Source: Anaerolineae bacterium (GTDB taxonomy: Bacteria; Chloroflexota; Anaerolineae; UBA1429). From it: a DNA stretch of 64,000 nucleotides. The DNA lies in the NCBI GenBank assembly GCA_963675785.1, contig OY776562.1:1600001-1664000 (forward strand), in the 5' to 3' direction. Shown in pieces: positions 49,883 through 59,978 of this stretch (the first letter of the stretch is position 1; every line of letters begins with the position of its first letter). The notes below the pieces were generated by a model. It was not told where the DNA came from. It was given only the letters and a program-made list of their open reading frames with translations, and searched no databases. Position numbers and translations under genes: made by a program.

Positions 49883-50063
49883 GAAAATGTCCTTCCGTGT
49901 GTGGGTGAGATATTCCAGGACGGCCAAAGGCCTTTCGCAGAGTACAATACGGAGCACTTTTGCGCAACTGAAAGAGATTTCAACATATAAAAACAAGCTG
50001 TGCTTGGGGGGAAAAATCCATGGCCAGCATTGGTAGGCCAAAATACAGTAATGAATGCTTGCA

Positions 50064-50101
50064 AACAAAAGAGAGGCTGGATGAATCAGCCCCTCTTTGT
50101 T
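50064..50101 (-). terminator. Terminator after the cupin gene
   Basis: AACAAAAGAGAGGCTG...CAGCCCCTCTTTGTT. Confidence 0.6.
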
Positions 50102-50125
50102 ATGCGTACATACTGTAGAACGCGT

Positions 50126-50422
50126 CTAGCCGAAACAGATCCATTGGCACTCTGTATCCGTCTCCAAGCGCGAAGCTATCCACTCGGGCACATAGACCAG
50201 ATCGCCCGGTGTAACCTCACTGGATTCCTCCCCCACTGTTACATTGGCCGCACCCTCAAGGATGAACCAATAGCGCACCCCTGCATGTGGTTTGTTGTCA
50301 AAAGGATTATCCGGCGTGGTGCGCCGTACAACAAGGTGATCTAACTTGTCTTGAAAGGCCTCGACATGATAATCTGTTCGGTAGTGAATTTCCTTGAGAT
50401 CTAGTGTTCGTACGATCATCAT
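50126..50422 (-). CDS. Cupin-domain protein
   Basis: WFILEGAANVTVGEESSEVTPGDLVYVP. Confidence 0.8.
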   Translation of the reverse strand: MMIVRTLDLKEIHYRTDYHVEAFQDKLDHLVVRRTTPDNPFDNKPHAGVRYWFILEGAANVTVGEESSEVTPGDLVYVPEWIASRLETDTECQWICFG

Positions 50423-50570
50423 CCTGCTCCTTGATTCGTCATGTATTCAGAATACCCTTGGAGAAGATGGCCGTCAACAGCCTTGCACCGTTGGCGAATA
50501 TGCGCAACCCCCTGCAAGCATTTCACGTATATTTACTGGTTCATTTGTTGCATTAGGGGAAGGACTCAAC

Positions 50571-51098
50571 ATGACAGAAAACACACCTCAAAACAAGGGG
50601 CGTTCATCAGGCTGGCTGCCAGGAATTCTGCTTATCATCGCTGGCGTTCTGGGTCTGGTCAGCCGCTACGTCGATCTGACTTTTGACGTTGGGTTGCTGG
50701 TACTCCCCGGCATTGGCCTGGCTTTCTTGATCGCGGGTCTGGCGAGCGGCCAGCGTGGCTTTTTCGTGCCCGCCGGCATTCTCACCTGCCTGGGCACTGG
50801 CATCATCCTCGTCGATGGGCCGCTGGCTGCAGCATCCGAGGATTTGCAGGCTGGCGTGGTACTGATGGCCCTGGGCAGTGGGTTCATCGTGGCCATGTTG
50901 CTCTCGTTAGTAGGTAACGAGCGGCCTTTTTACTGGGCACTGATCCCTGGCGGCATTCTTGCTGCTTTGGGTGCAGGTTTTGTATTATTCACTCAGTTCC
51001 CACAATTTATGGCAAACTGGGGTACAATGTTTGTTGGCGGTATCCTAGTGCTCGTCGGTATCATTGTGCTGATACGCGGACTGGCACACCGCGAATAG
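50571..51098 (+). CDS. Hypothetical multi-pass membrane protein (LiaF/LiaI-like TM segments)
   Basis: Six hydrophobic Gly-rich helices with GILLIIAG and PGGIL motifs. Confidence 0.7.
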   Translation: MTENTPQNKGRSSGWLPGILLIIAGVLGLVSRYVDLTFDVGLLVLPGIGLAFLIAGLASGQRGFFVPAGILTCLGTGIILVDGPLAAASEDLQAGVVLMALGSGFIVAMLLSLVGNERPFYWALIPGGILAALGAGFVLFTQFPQFMANWGTMFVGGILVLVGIIVLIRGLAHRE

Positions 51099-51110
51099 GT
51101 TCTGGTAAGG

Positions 51111-51149
51111 AACCTGCGCGGTGCTCACGGCGCTGCGCAGGTTTTTTTT
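51111..51149 (+). terminator. Terminator between the membrane gene and the ABC operon
   Basis: AACCTGCGCGGTGC-TCACG-GCGCTGCGCAGGTTTTTTTT. Confidence 0.7.
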
Positions 51150-51171
51150 ATGTCAGGGAATGGAGTTAAAG

Positions 51172-52077
51172 ATGGAGCAGGCAACTGTCAGTGTCTCGCA
51201 CGTGGCCAAGCGTTTTGGACAGGTCCAAGCCGTGCGCGATGTCTCGTTCGAGGTATACCCTGGAGAGATATTTGGGTTGCTCGGGCCTAACGGCGCTGGC
51301 AAAACAACCACCATCCGCGTCATGCTGGATATTTTCAAAGCAGATGCGGGCAAGGTCACGATCTTTGGTGAACCGTTCTCCGAATCCGTCAAGGACCGCA
51401 TTGGCTATCTACCAGAGGAACGCGGGCTTTACCGTGATCAGACGCTGGAGCAAATGCTGCCCTATTTTGCAGCGCTCAAGGGCGTACCTGAAGGTGAAGC
51501 ACGGCAGCGTATGGAGATCTGGCTCAAGCGCTTCGATCTGTGGGAAGATCGTACCAAGAAAACGCAAGAGCTTTCCAAGGGTATGCAGCAAAAGGCTCAG
51601 ATCGTCGCCACCCTGCTGCACGAGCCAGATCTTGTGGTCATCGACGAGCCTTTTTCAGGTTTGGACCCGGTGAATACCCGGTTGGTTAAAGAGGTCATTC
51701 AAGAGCTTCAAGAGGCCGGCAAGACAGTAATTATGTCAACTCACCAAATGTACCAGGTGGAAATGCTCTGCAACCGAATCTTGCTGATAGACAAGGGCGA
51801 GGGCGTATTGTACGGCAAGCTAGCCGATATCAAACGCGAATACTCGGGTAACTCTGTACTTGTCAGCGGGCAAGGCGAGTTGGGAGAGCTGGTTGGCGTG
51901 CTCGAAATGCGCCGACAAAATGGTGATTATCATCTGGTTCTCGATGATCAGACTACGCCAGAAGACGTGCTCAAACAGCTTGTTGGCCGCGATGATTTCA
52001 AACTGGAACAGTATCAGGTTACGACGGCTTCTCTGGAGGATATCTTTGTCCAGGTTGTACAGGGGAAAAAGGAGTAG
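51172..52077 (+). CDS. ABC-2 exporter ATP-binding protein (NatA-like)
   Basis: GPNGAGKTT, LSKGMQQK, IDEPFSGLDPVN, C-terminal SLEDIF. Confidence 0.95.
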   Translation: MEQATVSVSHVAKRFGQVQAVRDVSFEVYPGEIFGLLGPNGAGKTTTIRVMLDIFKADAGKVTIFGEPFSESVKDRIGYLPEERGLYRDQTLEQMLPYFAALKGVPEGEARQRMEIWLKRFDLWEDRTKKTQELSKGMQQKAQIVATLLHEPDLVVIDEPFSGLDPVNTRLVKEVIQELQEAGKTVIMSTHQMYQVEMLCNRILLIDKGEGVLYGKLADIKREYSGNSVLVSGQGELGELVGVLEMRRQNGDYHLVLDDQTTPEDVLKQLVGRDDFKLEQYQVTTASLEDIFVQVVQGKKE

Positions 52078-52080
52078 ACA

Positions 52081-53289
52081 GTGAAAAAGCTATTCCTTAT
52101 AGCACGGCACGAGTTTATGCACATGGTGCACCAGCGCAGCTTTTTGCTGACGACACTGGGGTTGCCCCTTTTGATCGTGTTGATCGGCCTGGTGAGTGTG
52201 TCGACAGCAGAATCCGCTGTGGCGGCTCATGCTATTGGCTATTTTGATCCAGATGGTGTCTTAGGCAATCCAGCCGTCAGCCGTGTCTACTATGGCGACA
52301 CTGAACACACCATCAGCGCCTATGATGATCGCACAAAAGCTGAAGTTGCCGTGGAAAACGGTGAAATTGACGCATTGTTTGTGGTGGGGTCTAGCTATGC
52401 GCAAGATGGCGCCCTTCAGGTCGTCTACTGGGAAGAAAGCCCCAGCGACACCGTCTATAGTATCTGGAATCAATTTGCGCGCCAGGCGCTTACGGCGAAT
52501 TATGATGCTGATGTGGCGAGCCGCCTAACCTGGGGCTTTAACATCACAGGAGAATCGCTGAGCGGCGAAGAAAAGTTTAGCAATGAAGGCATCCCATCCT
52601 TTGTGGTAGCCATGGTTGCCGCCATACTGTTCATCATAGCTTCGTTGATGAGCAGCGGTTATTTGCTGCAAGCGGTGGTCGGTGAGAAAGAAAATCGCAC
52701 CATCGAAGTGATGGCTAGTACTGTTACGCCAGAACAACTGGTGGGCGGCAAAACGCTGGGGCTGTTGGCTGTAGCACTGGCTCAGATCGCCGTATGGGTT
52801 CTTTCGGGCTTGTTGGCGTTCGATATGTTTGCCCCAGATGATTTTGCCAACCTAACGTTCGATCTGGGCAATCTGGCACTTTTGGCGTTCTACTTTATTC
52901 CGTCTTTCGCCCTGCTGGGCGGTATGATGGTGGCCATCGGAGCTGCATCAACAGAGGCGCGTCAGGCTCAACAGCTCTCGGGGCCAATTTCGATGCTCTT
53001 TGTGTTGCCGATGATGTTGATTACGTTGTTTTTTGTGGCACCAGAGAGCCCCATCGTCATGGCATTGACGCTGTTCCCGACCACCTCGTTCGTGGCAGTG
53101 GCTGTACTGATGAGCATGGGCGAAGTAGCGATCTGGCAGATCGTTGTAGGACAAATATTGCTATGGGCCAGCGCTGTGGGCATGGTTTGGGTGGCCGCTC
53201 GAGTGTTCAGAATGGGTATGCTGCGAACCGGCCAGCGCCTAAGCTGGCAGCAGATTCGTGTTGGGCTGCGCGGAGGTAATGTATCATGA
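52081..53289 (+). CDS. ABC-2 permease (NatB-like)
   Basis: EKENRTIEVM...GK, TM helices. Confidence 0.9.
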   Translation: MKKLFLIARHEFMHMVHQRSFLLTTLGLPLLIVLIGLVSVSTAESAVAAHAIGYFDPDGVLGNPAVSRVYYGDTEHTISAYDDRTKAEVAVENGEIDALFVVGSSYAQDGALQVVYWEESPSDTVYSIWNQFARQALTANYDADVASRLTWGFNITGESLSGEEKFSNEGIPSFVVAMVAAILFIIASLMSSGYLLQAVVGEKENRTIEVMASTVTPEQLVGGKTLGLLAVALAQIAVWVLSGLLAFDMFAPDDFANLTFDLGNLALLAFYFIPSFALLGGMMVAIGAASTEARQAQQLSGPISMLFVLPMMLITLFFVAPESPIVMALTLFPTTSFVAVAVLMSMGEVAIWQIVVGQILLWASAVGMVWVAARVFRMGMLRTGQRLSWQQIRVGLRGGNVS

Positions 53290-54572
53290 GAAAATTTGCT
53301 GATTTGCGCGGCTCGTGGTTGGTTTTCAAGCATGAACTGCAAGTTACGTTGGGCCGACGCTCTTTTTGGATCACGACCATTGTATTACCGCTGGTTATCG
53401 TCGCTTTTCAGGTATTGCCCCAAGTGCTAATTCAAAGTGAATTGGGGGAGGATACCAACCTGGAAGAGGCACTGGCCAGTGTCGAGCTTCAGCCGTTGGC
53501 CTATGTCGATCTGGCCGGTGTGATAGGCGAGTTACCGTCGTATATCGCCAGCGATCTGGTCATCGCCTACCCTGACCTAGAGACTGGGCGCCAGGCATTG
53601 GAAAATGAAGATATTTCATCCCTGTATGTGATTCAAGCAGACTATATACAGACCGGGGATATCACTCGCATTGATGTAGGCCAAGCAGCTTTGGAGCAAA
53701 CGAGCCACGAATACCTGCTCAACTACTTGATCGATTATGGTATTAGTGGCGATGCTGCCCTGGTAGCTTTGCTGCAAGATCCTGCAGCAGCAGCACGTGA
53801 TGCGTCTTCACAAATGAGCCTGGCTCCCGAGACATCGGAAAAAACGTCTTCGGGCAATAGCACTGGCTTTGATCTGACAGGCTATGCCTTGATGATGGTG
53901 CTATTTATGACCATCGTGGGGGCTGGCAGCCTGGTGTTGCAGAGCGTAGCGAGCGAAAAGGAAAACCGTACAGCCGAAGTTTTGTTGTTGAGCATTCATC
54001 CGCGAGACTTTATGCTGGGGAAACTACTGGCCATGGGCATTGCTTCACTAGTCCAGCTTGTAATTTGGCTGAGTACAGCCTATATGGCCCTGGGTAACAG
54101 CGATACGCTGGCCATGCTAGGCATGACCAGCCAGATCACTTTCGCCCCCGGCCTTGTTTTGTGGGGCATCCTCTTTGGCGTGCTGGGCTATGCGGTTTAC
54201 GCTGCCATGTTCGGTGCGTTGGGTGCATTGGCACCTACGGCACGTGAGGGCGCGCAGTTTCAAATCATTGTCATGATCCCGTTGATTCTGCCGCTCATGT
54301 TCAACTATACACTCATGAGCGAGCCCAACGGTATGCTTGCCCAGGCGCTTAGCCTGGTACCCTTTACCTCGCCAATCACCATGATCATGCGCATGTCTAT
54401 GATCACAGTACCTGTCTGGCAGATTGTAACCAGTCTGGCTCTGTTACTTGTTACTGCCTATGGCATGGTGGCTCTTTCCGGGCGGTTCTTCCGGGCAGAT
54501 ACGCTGCTGAGCGGACTCAAGCTGGATTGGAAGCGGATTCTATCCGTGTTCAAGGCGCCAGAAGAGGCCTAG
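53286..54572 (+). CDS. ABC-2 permease (NatB-like)
   Basis: EKENRTAEVLL...GKLLA, PFTSPITM. Confidence 0.9.
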   Translation: MRKFADLRGSWLVFKHELQVTLGRRSFWITTIVLPLVIVAFQVLPQVLIQSELGEDTNLEEALASVELQPLAYVDLAGVIGELPSYIASDLVIAYPDLETGRQALENEDISSLYVIQADYIQTGDITRIDVGQAALEQTSHEYLLNYLIDYGISGDAALVALLQDPAAAARDASSQMSLAPETSEKTSSGNSTGFDLTGYALMMVLFMTIVGAGSLVLQSVASEKENRTAEVLLLSIHPRDFMLGKLLAMGIASLVQLVIWLSTAYMALGNSDTLAMLGMTSQITFAPGLVLWGILFGVLGYAVYAAMFGALGALAPTAREGAQFQIIVMIPLILPLMFNYTLMSEPNGMLAQALSLVPFTSPITMIMRMSMITVPVWQIVTSLALLLVTAYGMVALSGRFFRADTLLSGLKLDWKRILSVFKAPEEA

Positions 54573-54581
54573 TTATCTACG

Positions 54582-54619
54582 AAAAAGGGACTGACCAAAT
54601 ATGGTCAGTCCCTTTTTTT
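54582..54619. terminator. Bidirectional terminator
   Basis: AAAAAGGGACTGACCA-AATA-TGGTCAGTCCCTTTTTTT. Confidence 0.9.
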
Positions 54620-54632
54620 GATCAATATGCTG

Positions 54633-55733
54633 TTAGGCAACAGCCGCACGGGCACGCTCGATCTGGGCGATGATGCCCAGATGCTGTGGACAGTTGTCTT
54701 CGCAGATACCGCAGCCGATGCACTCGTCGAGCCATTCAGCCACATCGCGGCCAATATAGCGATTACGCAGGTACTGGCCCAGTTTGTCTGCAGCCATACC
54801 CGAAATGTCGAAATCGCGCATGATCTGCATGAACTCGGTGGGATCAAAGCCATTGGGGCAATCGTGGCAATAGCCACAGCCAGTGCAAAATGCGCCCTTG
54901 GGAAGCCGAACTTCAGCCAGACGATCGACCAGTGCCTTGCGGTAATCATCCCCCAAGGATTCGATGCTTTCTAGCGTGGCAATATCAGCCTCAACTTGCG
55001 AGAGATCAGTAAAGCCCAGTAATCCCGCGGTGATGCCAGAGTTCGCCCACAAAAAGCGCAAGGCGCCCTGCCAGGGTCCATCACCATCCTCATGCAAAAA
55101 GGCCAGCGATTCATCCTCCGGCTTGCCCAACACGCCACCGGCCAAAGGGTTCATGCAAAAGATGCCAACACCCTTTTCATGAGCATAGCGAATGAGCTCT
55201 TCTTCCTGCCGCTTGATGATGTTATATGACACCGTGGCACAAAGGAATTCACCAGTATCCACCGCGGCCTTGAACAAGGGGCCATCGCCATGGAAAGTAA
55301 AGCCAATGCCAGTGCGAATGAGGCCATCATCCTGTGCCTTGCGCAAACCTTCAATCATACCGCCAGGAGCCAGCGCCGATTCCAACGCTGACATCTGCTG
55401 CAATCCCCACACCTGGTAAAAATCAAAGTAGTCAAGGCCTGCCTTTTCCAGCGAGCTCTCAACCGAACGGCGCACATGATCGGCCTTGGGAGCCGAGGCC
55501 CAGTCAGATTTACAGGAAAAATAGACCTCATCGCGGCGCTGCTGCACAGCTTTGCCAGACCAAACCAAAGACTTGCCATCCACATAACCCGTGGAGGTGT
55601 CCAAATAATTCATGCCAAGATCGATACCCTTGTTGATGATCTCGTAGGCAGCTTGCTCGGTTTGCCAACGCATAGTGCCAAAACTCACCATGGAGATATC
55701 AATACCCGAACTGCCAAGTTTACGGTATTTCAT
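54633..55733 (-). CDS. Aldo/keto reductase with a C-terminal 4Fe-4S dicluster domain
   Basis: MKYRKLG...FGTMR...DTSTGY; CTGCGYC..CP and CIGCGICEDNCPQ. Confidence 0.92.
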   Translation of the reverse strand: MKYRKLGSSGIDISMVSFGTMRWQTEQAAYEIINKGIDLGMNYLDTSTGYVDGKSLVWSGKAVQQRRDEVYFSCKSDWASAPKADHVRRSVESSLEKAGLDYFDFYQVWGLQQMSALESALAPGGMIEGLRKAQDDGLIRTGIGFTFHGDGPLFKAAVDTGEFLCATVSYNIIKRQEEELIRYAHEKGVGIFCMNPLAGGVLGKPEDESLAFLHEDGDGPWQGALRFLWANSGITAGLLGFTDLSQVEADIATLESIESLGDDYRKALVDRLAEVRLPKGAFCTGCGYCHDCPNGFDPTEFMQIMRDFDISGMAADKLGQYLRNRYIGRDVAEWLDECIGCGICEDNCPQHLGIIAQIERARAAVA

Positions 55734-55835
55734 AAGAAGAATGCCTCCTTTTATCGGGGGAAGCGCTAAACCAGAATTGTTTAGATGATAGCGAGGTTCG
55801 AAAAGCGATGCAAGCACAAAGAACGAAGGGTAAAT

Positions 55836-55869
55836 AAAAAGTGGGCGTTCTCGCAGGAACGCCCACTTT
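55836..55869 (-). terminator. Terminator after the cold-shock gene
   Basis: AAAAAGTGGGCGTTC-TCGCAG-GAACGCCCACTTT. Confidence 0.8.
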
Positions 55870-55878
55870 GTTTACAAT

Positions 55879-56235
55879 CTACCAGCGATCGCGGTCACCA
55901 CGGTCGCGGCCGCCGCCGCCATAGCCACCACGGTCTGCACCGCCGAAGCCACCGCGGTCACCACCACGGTCACCACCGCGTTCTCCGCCACCAAAGCCAC
56001 CACGGCTACGGCTCGGAGTTCCACCACCTAGTCGCTTTACGCGAACAGCCTGGGGACCACGATCGGTATCTTCGACTTCAAACTCGACACTTTCGTTCTC
56101 ATCGAGCGTGTGAAAACCATCGCCTACGATGCCACTATGATGTACGAATACATCCTTACCATCGGGCGTGGTTACGAAACCATAGCCCTTAGCATTATTG
56201 AACCACTTTACGGTACCGGTGATACGTTCGGACAT
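55879..56235 (-). CDS. Cold-shock domain protein with an RGG-rich tail
   Basis: [15 protein letters not shown] (RNP1) and DVFVHHS (RNP2); tail [19 protein letters not shown]... Confidence 0.92.
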   Translation of the reverse strand: MSERITGTVKWFNNAKGYGFVTTPDGKDVFVHHSGIVGDGFHTLDENESVEFEVEDTDRGPQAVRVKRLGGGTPSRSRGGFGGGERGGDRGGDRGGFGGADRGGYGGGGRDRGDRDRW

Positions 56236-56550
56236 GAGGTCGTCCATCCTTTCGAAAAAACAAGTACGAACAACGCCAGCCAGAGACAAAGAAAAAGGGC
56301 CATAGCCTGCGCTGCGACGCAGACACGACCAGTGTTCTGTGCACTCCAGCTTGCGGCATTGCTACTTTATGATAGCGCAAGATGCCATAAATGTCAAATG
56401 TTATTAATCTGCCAACAAGAGTTCAAAAGAAACGTTAGCGAATCTCTACGGATGGATAAAAGAAAGAGCCATTACAACTCTGTTGCACAGGGGTTCGCGC
56501 AACAGTATAATGCCCACACGATTGGATATCCCAAAGGGAGAGCGACAACT

Positions 56551-57756
56551 ATGCGTGTATTGATGCTGAGTTGGGAGTATCCGCCAAACGTTGTCGGAGG
56601 CCTGGGCACACATACGGCCGAAATTGCGCCAGCTCTGGCGCGTCAAGGCATCGAGCTTACTGTAGTAACGCCGATGATGTGTGAGGCCCCTGAAGAAGAG
56701 GCCTTTATTGGTGGACGCATCGTTCGCGTGCCGGTAGAAGGCCACGGCGCCTATGGCTCTAGCTTTTACACTGATACATTGAACGCCAACGGGCCCATCG
56801 AAGAAGCTGCTGCCCGCATTATCGAAGAAACCGGCCCCTTTGATCTGATTCACAACCATGACTGGTTGACCTCGTTCGCAGCGGTCGCTCTCAAAAATCG
56901 CTATCACATTCCTCTGGTTGCCACCATTCATGCTACCGAACGCGGGCGGGGACGCGGCAACCTGTGGAACGATGATGCAATAGCCATCAACGATGCCGAG
57001 TGGCGGCTAACCTATGAAGCCTGGCGTGTAATCGCTTGTACCCACTACATGGCGAAAGAGCTGGGCGATTTCTTTGGCGTGCCAAGCAACAAAGTAGATG
57101 TCGTCCCCAACGGTATGCGCGCTGACCACTTTGCGGATATTCTCGCAGAAGACTTGACCGAATTCCGAGCACGTTGGGCTCACCCTGAGGAAAAGCTAGT
57201 GCTTTTTGTGGGGCGCATGGTCCACGAAAAAGGCCCTTATGTGCTGGTAGATGCGGTGCCCGAGGTGCTGCGGGCTGTGCCCGAAGCGAAATTCGTGATG
57301 GTTGGCAAGGGCCCCGAACTAGAGTATCTGCGCGGCGTGGTGGCCGGGCGAGGCCTGGTCGACAAGGTAGCACTACCGGGTTTTGTCGATGATGGCGACC
57401 GCGATCGACTGTATGTGGCCGCGGACGTGGCTGTATTCCCCAGCCTGTATGAACCCTTTGGCATTGTAGCACTGGAAGCCATGGCTGCCCGCACCCCTGT
57501 GGTAGTCAGTGAGGTGGCTGGCCTGGCCGAAGTAGTGCAGCATGCCGAAACCGGCATCACCACCCTTCCCGGCCAACCGGCTTCCTGTGCCTGGGGTATC
57601 ATTCATACCCTGCAACACCCCGAATGGGCCCAGATGCGCGTGCAAAACGCTGTGGATGCACTGCACACGCGCTTTAACTGGGACATCATCGCCCGGCAGA
57701 CGGGGGAAGTGTACGCCCGCGTCTGTGCTGAACGACATACGATTACCAGTTGGTAG
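56551..57756 (+). CDS. Glycosyltransferase family 4
   Basis: MLSWEYPP..VGGLG, HNHDWL, TIHATE.GR, PSLYEPFGIVALEAMA. Confidence 0.93.
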   Translation: MRVLMLSWEYPPNVVGGLGTHTAEIAPALARQGIELTVVTPMMCEAPEEEAFIGGRIVRVPVEGHGAYGSSFYTDTLNANGPIEEAAARIIEETGPFDLIHNHDWLTSFAAVALKNRYHIPLVATIHATERGRGRGNLWNDDAIAINDAEWRLTYEAWRVIACTHYMAKELGDFFGVPSNKVDVVPNGMRADHFADILAEDLTEFRARWAHPEEKLVLFVGRMVHEKGPYVLVDAVPEVLRAVPEAKFVMVGKGPELEYLRGVVAGRGLVDKVALPGFVDDGDRDRLYVAADVAVFPSLYEPFGIVALEAMAARTPVVVSEVAGLAEVVQHAETGITTLPGQPASCAWGIIHTLQHPEWAQMRVQNAVDALHTRFNWDIIARQTGEVYARVCAERHTITSW

Positions 57757-57821
57757 TTCTAGCTCATGTGGCGTGCACAGAGACCATGATTCTGTGCACG
57801 CCTTCAATTGTTGAGGTGTAC

Positions 57822-58424
57822 GTGCTAGACAAGACTCTCCCCTACAAGAGTATCCTCATGCGGGCAGAGCAGCCTTTGCCAGCGGCGTACGTTGCGCCAC
57901 CGCCCGGTTGGCACATTGTGCCCTATGAAGCTGGTGATGAGACACACTGGGCCGAAATCGAGACTTCTGTTGATGAATTCGAAGACGAGTTCAACGCACT
58001 CACCTATTTTACTAGAGACTATGTATCGCTGGCCGACTTGCTACATGAGCGCTGCCTGTTTGCCGTGGATGAACAGGGGCATTATGCCGGAACTTGCACG
58101 GCCTGGTTCGCTGAAAAAGATTCAGAGCAAATCAGTTCGCTGCACTGGCTAGCCGTCAAACCCGAGTACCAACATCACGGGTTAGGCAGGGCGCTCATCA
58201 GTCGGGTAATGGCTCTTTTTGAGACAACCAGCGGTTTCCCCGTTTATCTGCACACCCAAACCTGGAGCCATCGCGCGGTCTTGCTGTACAGACAGCTTGG
58301 TTTTTGTTTGCTCAAGGAAGAACGCTTTGCCAGATATGGGAACGACTTTGACGAAGCCATGGCCATTCTCAGGCCCGTGCTCAGCCATGAACAGTATGCC
58401 GACCTCCTAAACAGTGCTCAATAA
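57822..58424 (+). CDS. GNAT N-acetyltransferase
   Basis: LHWLAVKPEYQHHGLGRAL, LHTQTWS, LYRQLGF. Confidence 0.88.
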   Translation: MLDKTLPYKSILMRAEQPLPAAYVAPPPGWHIVPYEAGDETHWAEIETSVDEFEDEFNALTYFTRDYVSLADLLHERCLFAVDEQGHYAGTCTAWFAEKDSEQISSLHWLAVKPEYQHHGLGRALISRVMALFETTSGFPVYLHTQTWSHRAVLLYRQLGFCLLKEERFARYGNDFDEAMAILRPVLSHEQYADLLNSAQ

Positions 58425-58469
58425 AAACGCTGGCCCATCGGATGATGAACCAGCGTCATTTCAAAGTAG

Positions 58470-59777
58470 CTAACCACGTAATATGTCGTACACCAAAGGG
58501 GGCTCTGCAACCAGTTCTTCACTCCAGGTGCAAGCAGCCAGCAGACGTACTTGCGCTCTATCGGCGGCCTCTTGGGTACGAGCGTGAATGGTGCAAAGTG
58601 CATCCCCCGTTTCGAGTTGCGCCCCCACTTTGGCGGCAAACACCAGGCCCACGGCGTGATCTACTGGATCGCCCTTGCGTTCACGGCCAGCACCCAACTC
58701 GACAGAGAGCAATCCCACTTCACGTGCGTCAATACCAGCCAGGTAGCCGCTCTGTGGCGCTGTCACTACCTGCCTCAACGGCGCCTGCTCCAGTATCGAG
58801 AGATCATCGGCAACGCGGGCATCACCACCCTGCCCGGCAACCCACTTTTTGAATACCGCCAGCGCCGAACCATCGGCCAACGTGCCCTTAGCCAGGGCAC
58901 GTCCCGTCTCGGGCGTCTCGGCCAAACCAGCCAAACGCAGCATCTCGGCGGCAATCACCACGCAGTGTTCGACGAAATCCGCCGGGCCACAGCCGTGCAA
59001 TGTCTCCACCGCCTCAGCCACTTCTAGCGTGTTGCCTACTGCATTGCCCAGGGGTTGATCCATACTGGAAAGCACTGCAGTAACGCGCCTCCCCACCTGC
59101 TCGCCAATAGAGATCATGATCTCGGCCAGCGCACGGGCGTCTTTGAGCGTGGTCATAAAGGCGCCGCGCCCCACTTTGACGTCGAGCACCATAGCCTGGG
59201 CACCGGAAGCGATCTTTTTGCTCATGATCGAGCTGGCGATAAGCGGCAAGCTGGGCACGGTGGCAGTTACATCGCGCAGGGCATACAGTTTGCCATCAGC
59301 AGGCGCCAGATCCGCAGTTTGGCCGGCCACCACCACCCCATTGCGAGCCACAGCCTTAAAGAACTCGTCGATAGTAAGGGAGACGTTATAGCCGGGGATG
59401 GATTCAAGTTTGTCCAGGGTGCCACCGGAAAAGCCCAACCCTCGGCCCGACATCTTGGCTACAGGTTGACCCAAAGCAGCCACCATAGGCGCCACCACCA
59501 ACGTGGTCTTGTCGCCCACGCCGCCAGTAGAATGCTTATCAACCACCACAGGGGCCACACGGTCCATATTCAGCGTTTGGCCTGAGTGCACCATGGCCAT
59601 AGCCAAATCGGTGGTCTCACGGTTATTCATGCCCTTGAGGAGCACGGCCATGGCCCAGGCCGCCGCCTGATAATCGGGGATGTCTCCCCGCGTATAACCC
59701 TGGATGAAAAAATCGATTTCGGCGCTGCTGAGCGCCAAACCATCGCGCTTTTTAGCGATTATGTCTACAGCACGCAT
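58470..59777 (-). CDS. pdp: Pyrimidine-nucleoside (thymidine) phosphorylase
   Basis: DKHSTGGVGDK, KMSGRGLG..GGTLDKLE, LYALRDVTATV, SIMSKK. Confidence 0.96.
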   Translation of the reverse strand: MRAVDIIAKKRDGLALSSAEIDFFIQGYTRGDIPDYQAAAWAMAVLLKGMNNRETTDLAMAMVHSGQTLNMDRVAPVVVDKHSTGGVGDKTTLVVAPMVAALGQPVAKMSGRGLGFSGGTLDKLESIPGYNVSLTIDEFFKAVARNGVVVAGQTADLAPADGKLYALRDVTATVPSLPLIASSIMSKKIASGAQAMVLDVKVGRGAFMTTLKDARALAEIMISIGEQVGRRVTAVLSSMDQPLGNAVGNTLEVAEAVETLHGCGPADFVEHCVVIAAEMLRLAGLAETPETGRALAKGTLADGSALAVFKKWVAGQGGDARVADDLSILEQAPLRQVVTAPQSGYLAGIDAREVGLLSVELGAGRERKGDPVDHAVGLVFAAKVGAQLETGDALCTIHARTQEAADRAQVRLLAACTWSEELVAEPPLVYDILRG

Positions 59778-59978
59778 CGTATTCCCTCCTTGGCGAATCC
59801 GCGCCTGCTTGATCCTAATAGTTTATTCTAAACCGGAACAACATGTCGGTCAATCGCTCTCTGGCAGACATCCTTTTTGGCGATTCTATCTTTGGGGATG
59901 CGTTGGCGTTCGTGCTATACTCTTGCAGACAAAATATGCTTTTTGTCTGGCACCGTGCCCTGGAAAGGAGCCTGCTCC

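Noticed and set aside
40702-54572. The ABC ATPase/permease operons as partners of the SBP array
   Set aside because: They are ABC-2 exporter type, not Opp/Dpp import components.
56110-56550. N-terminal extension of the GT4 ORF (and similar long extensions on other track ORFs)
   Set aside because: It overlaps the divergent csp gene; the RBS and family N-terminus support the downstream start.
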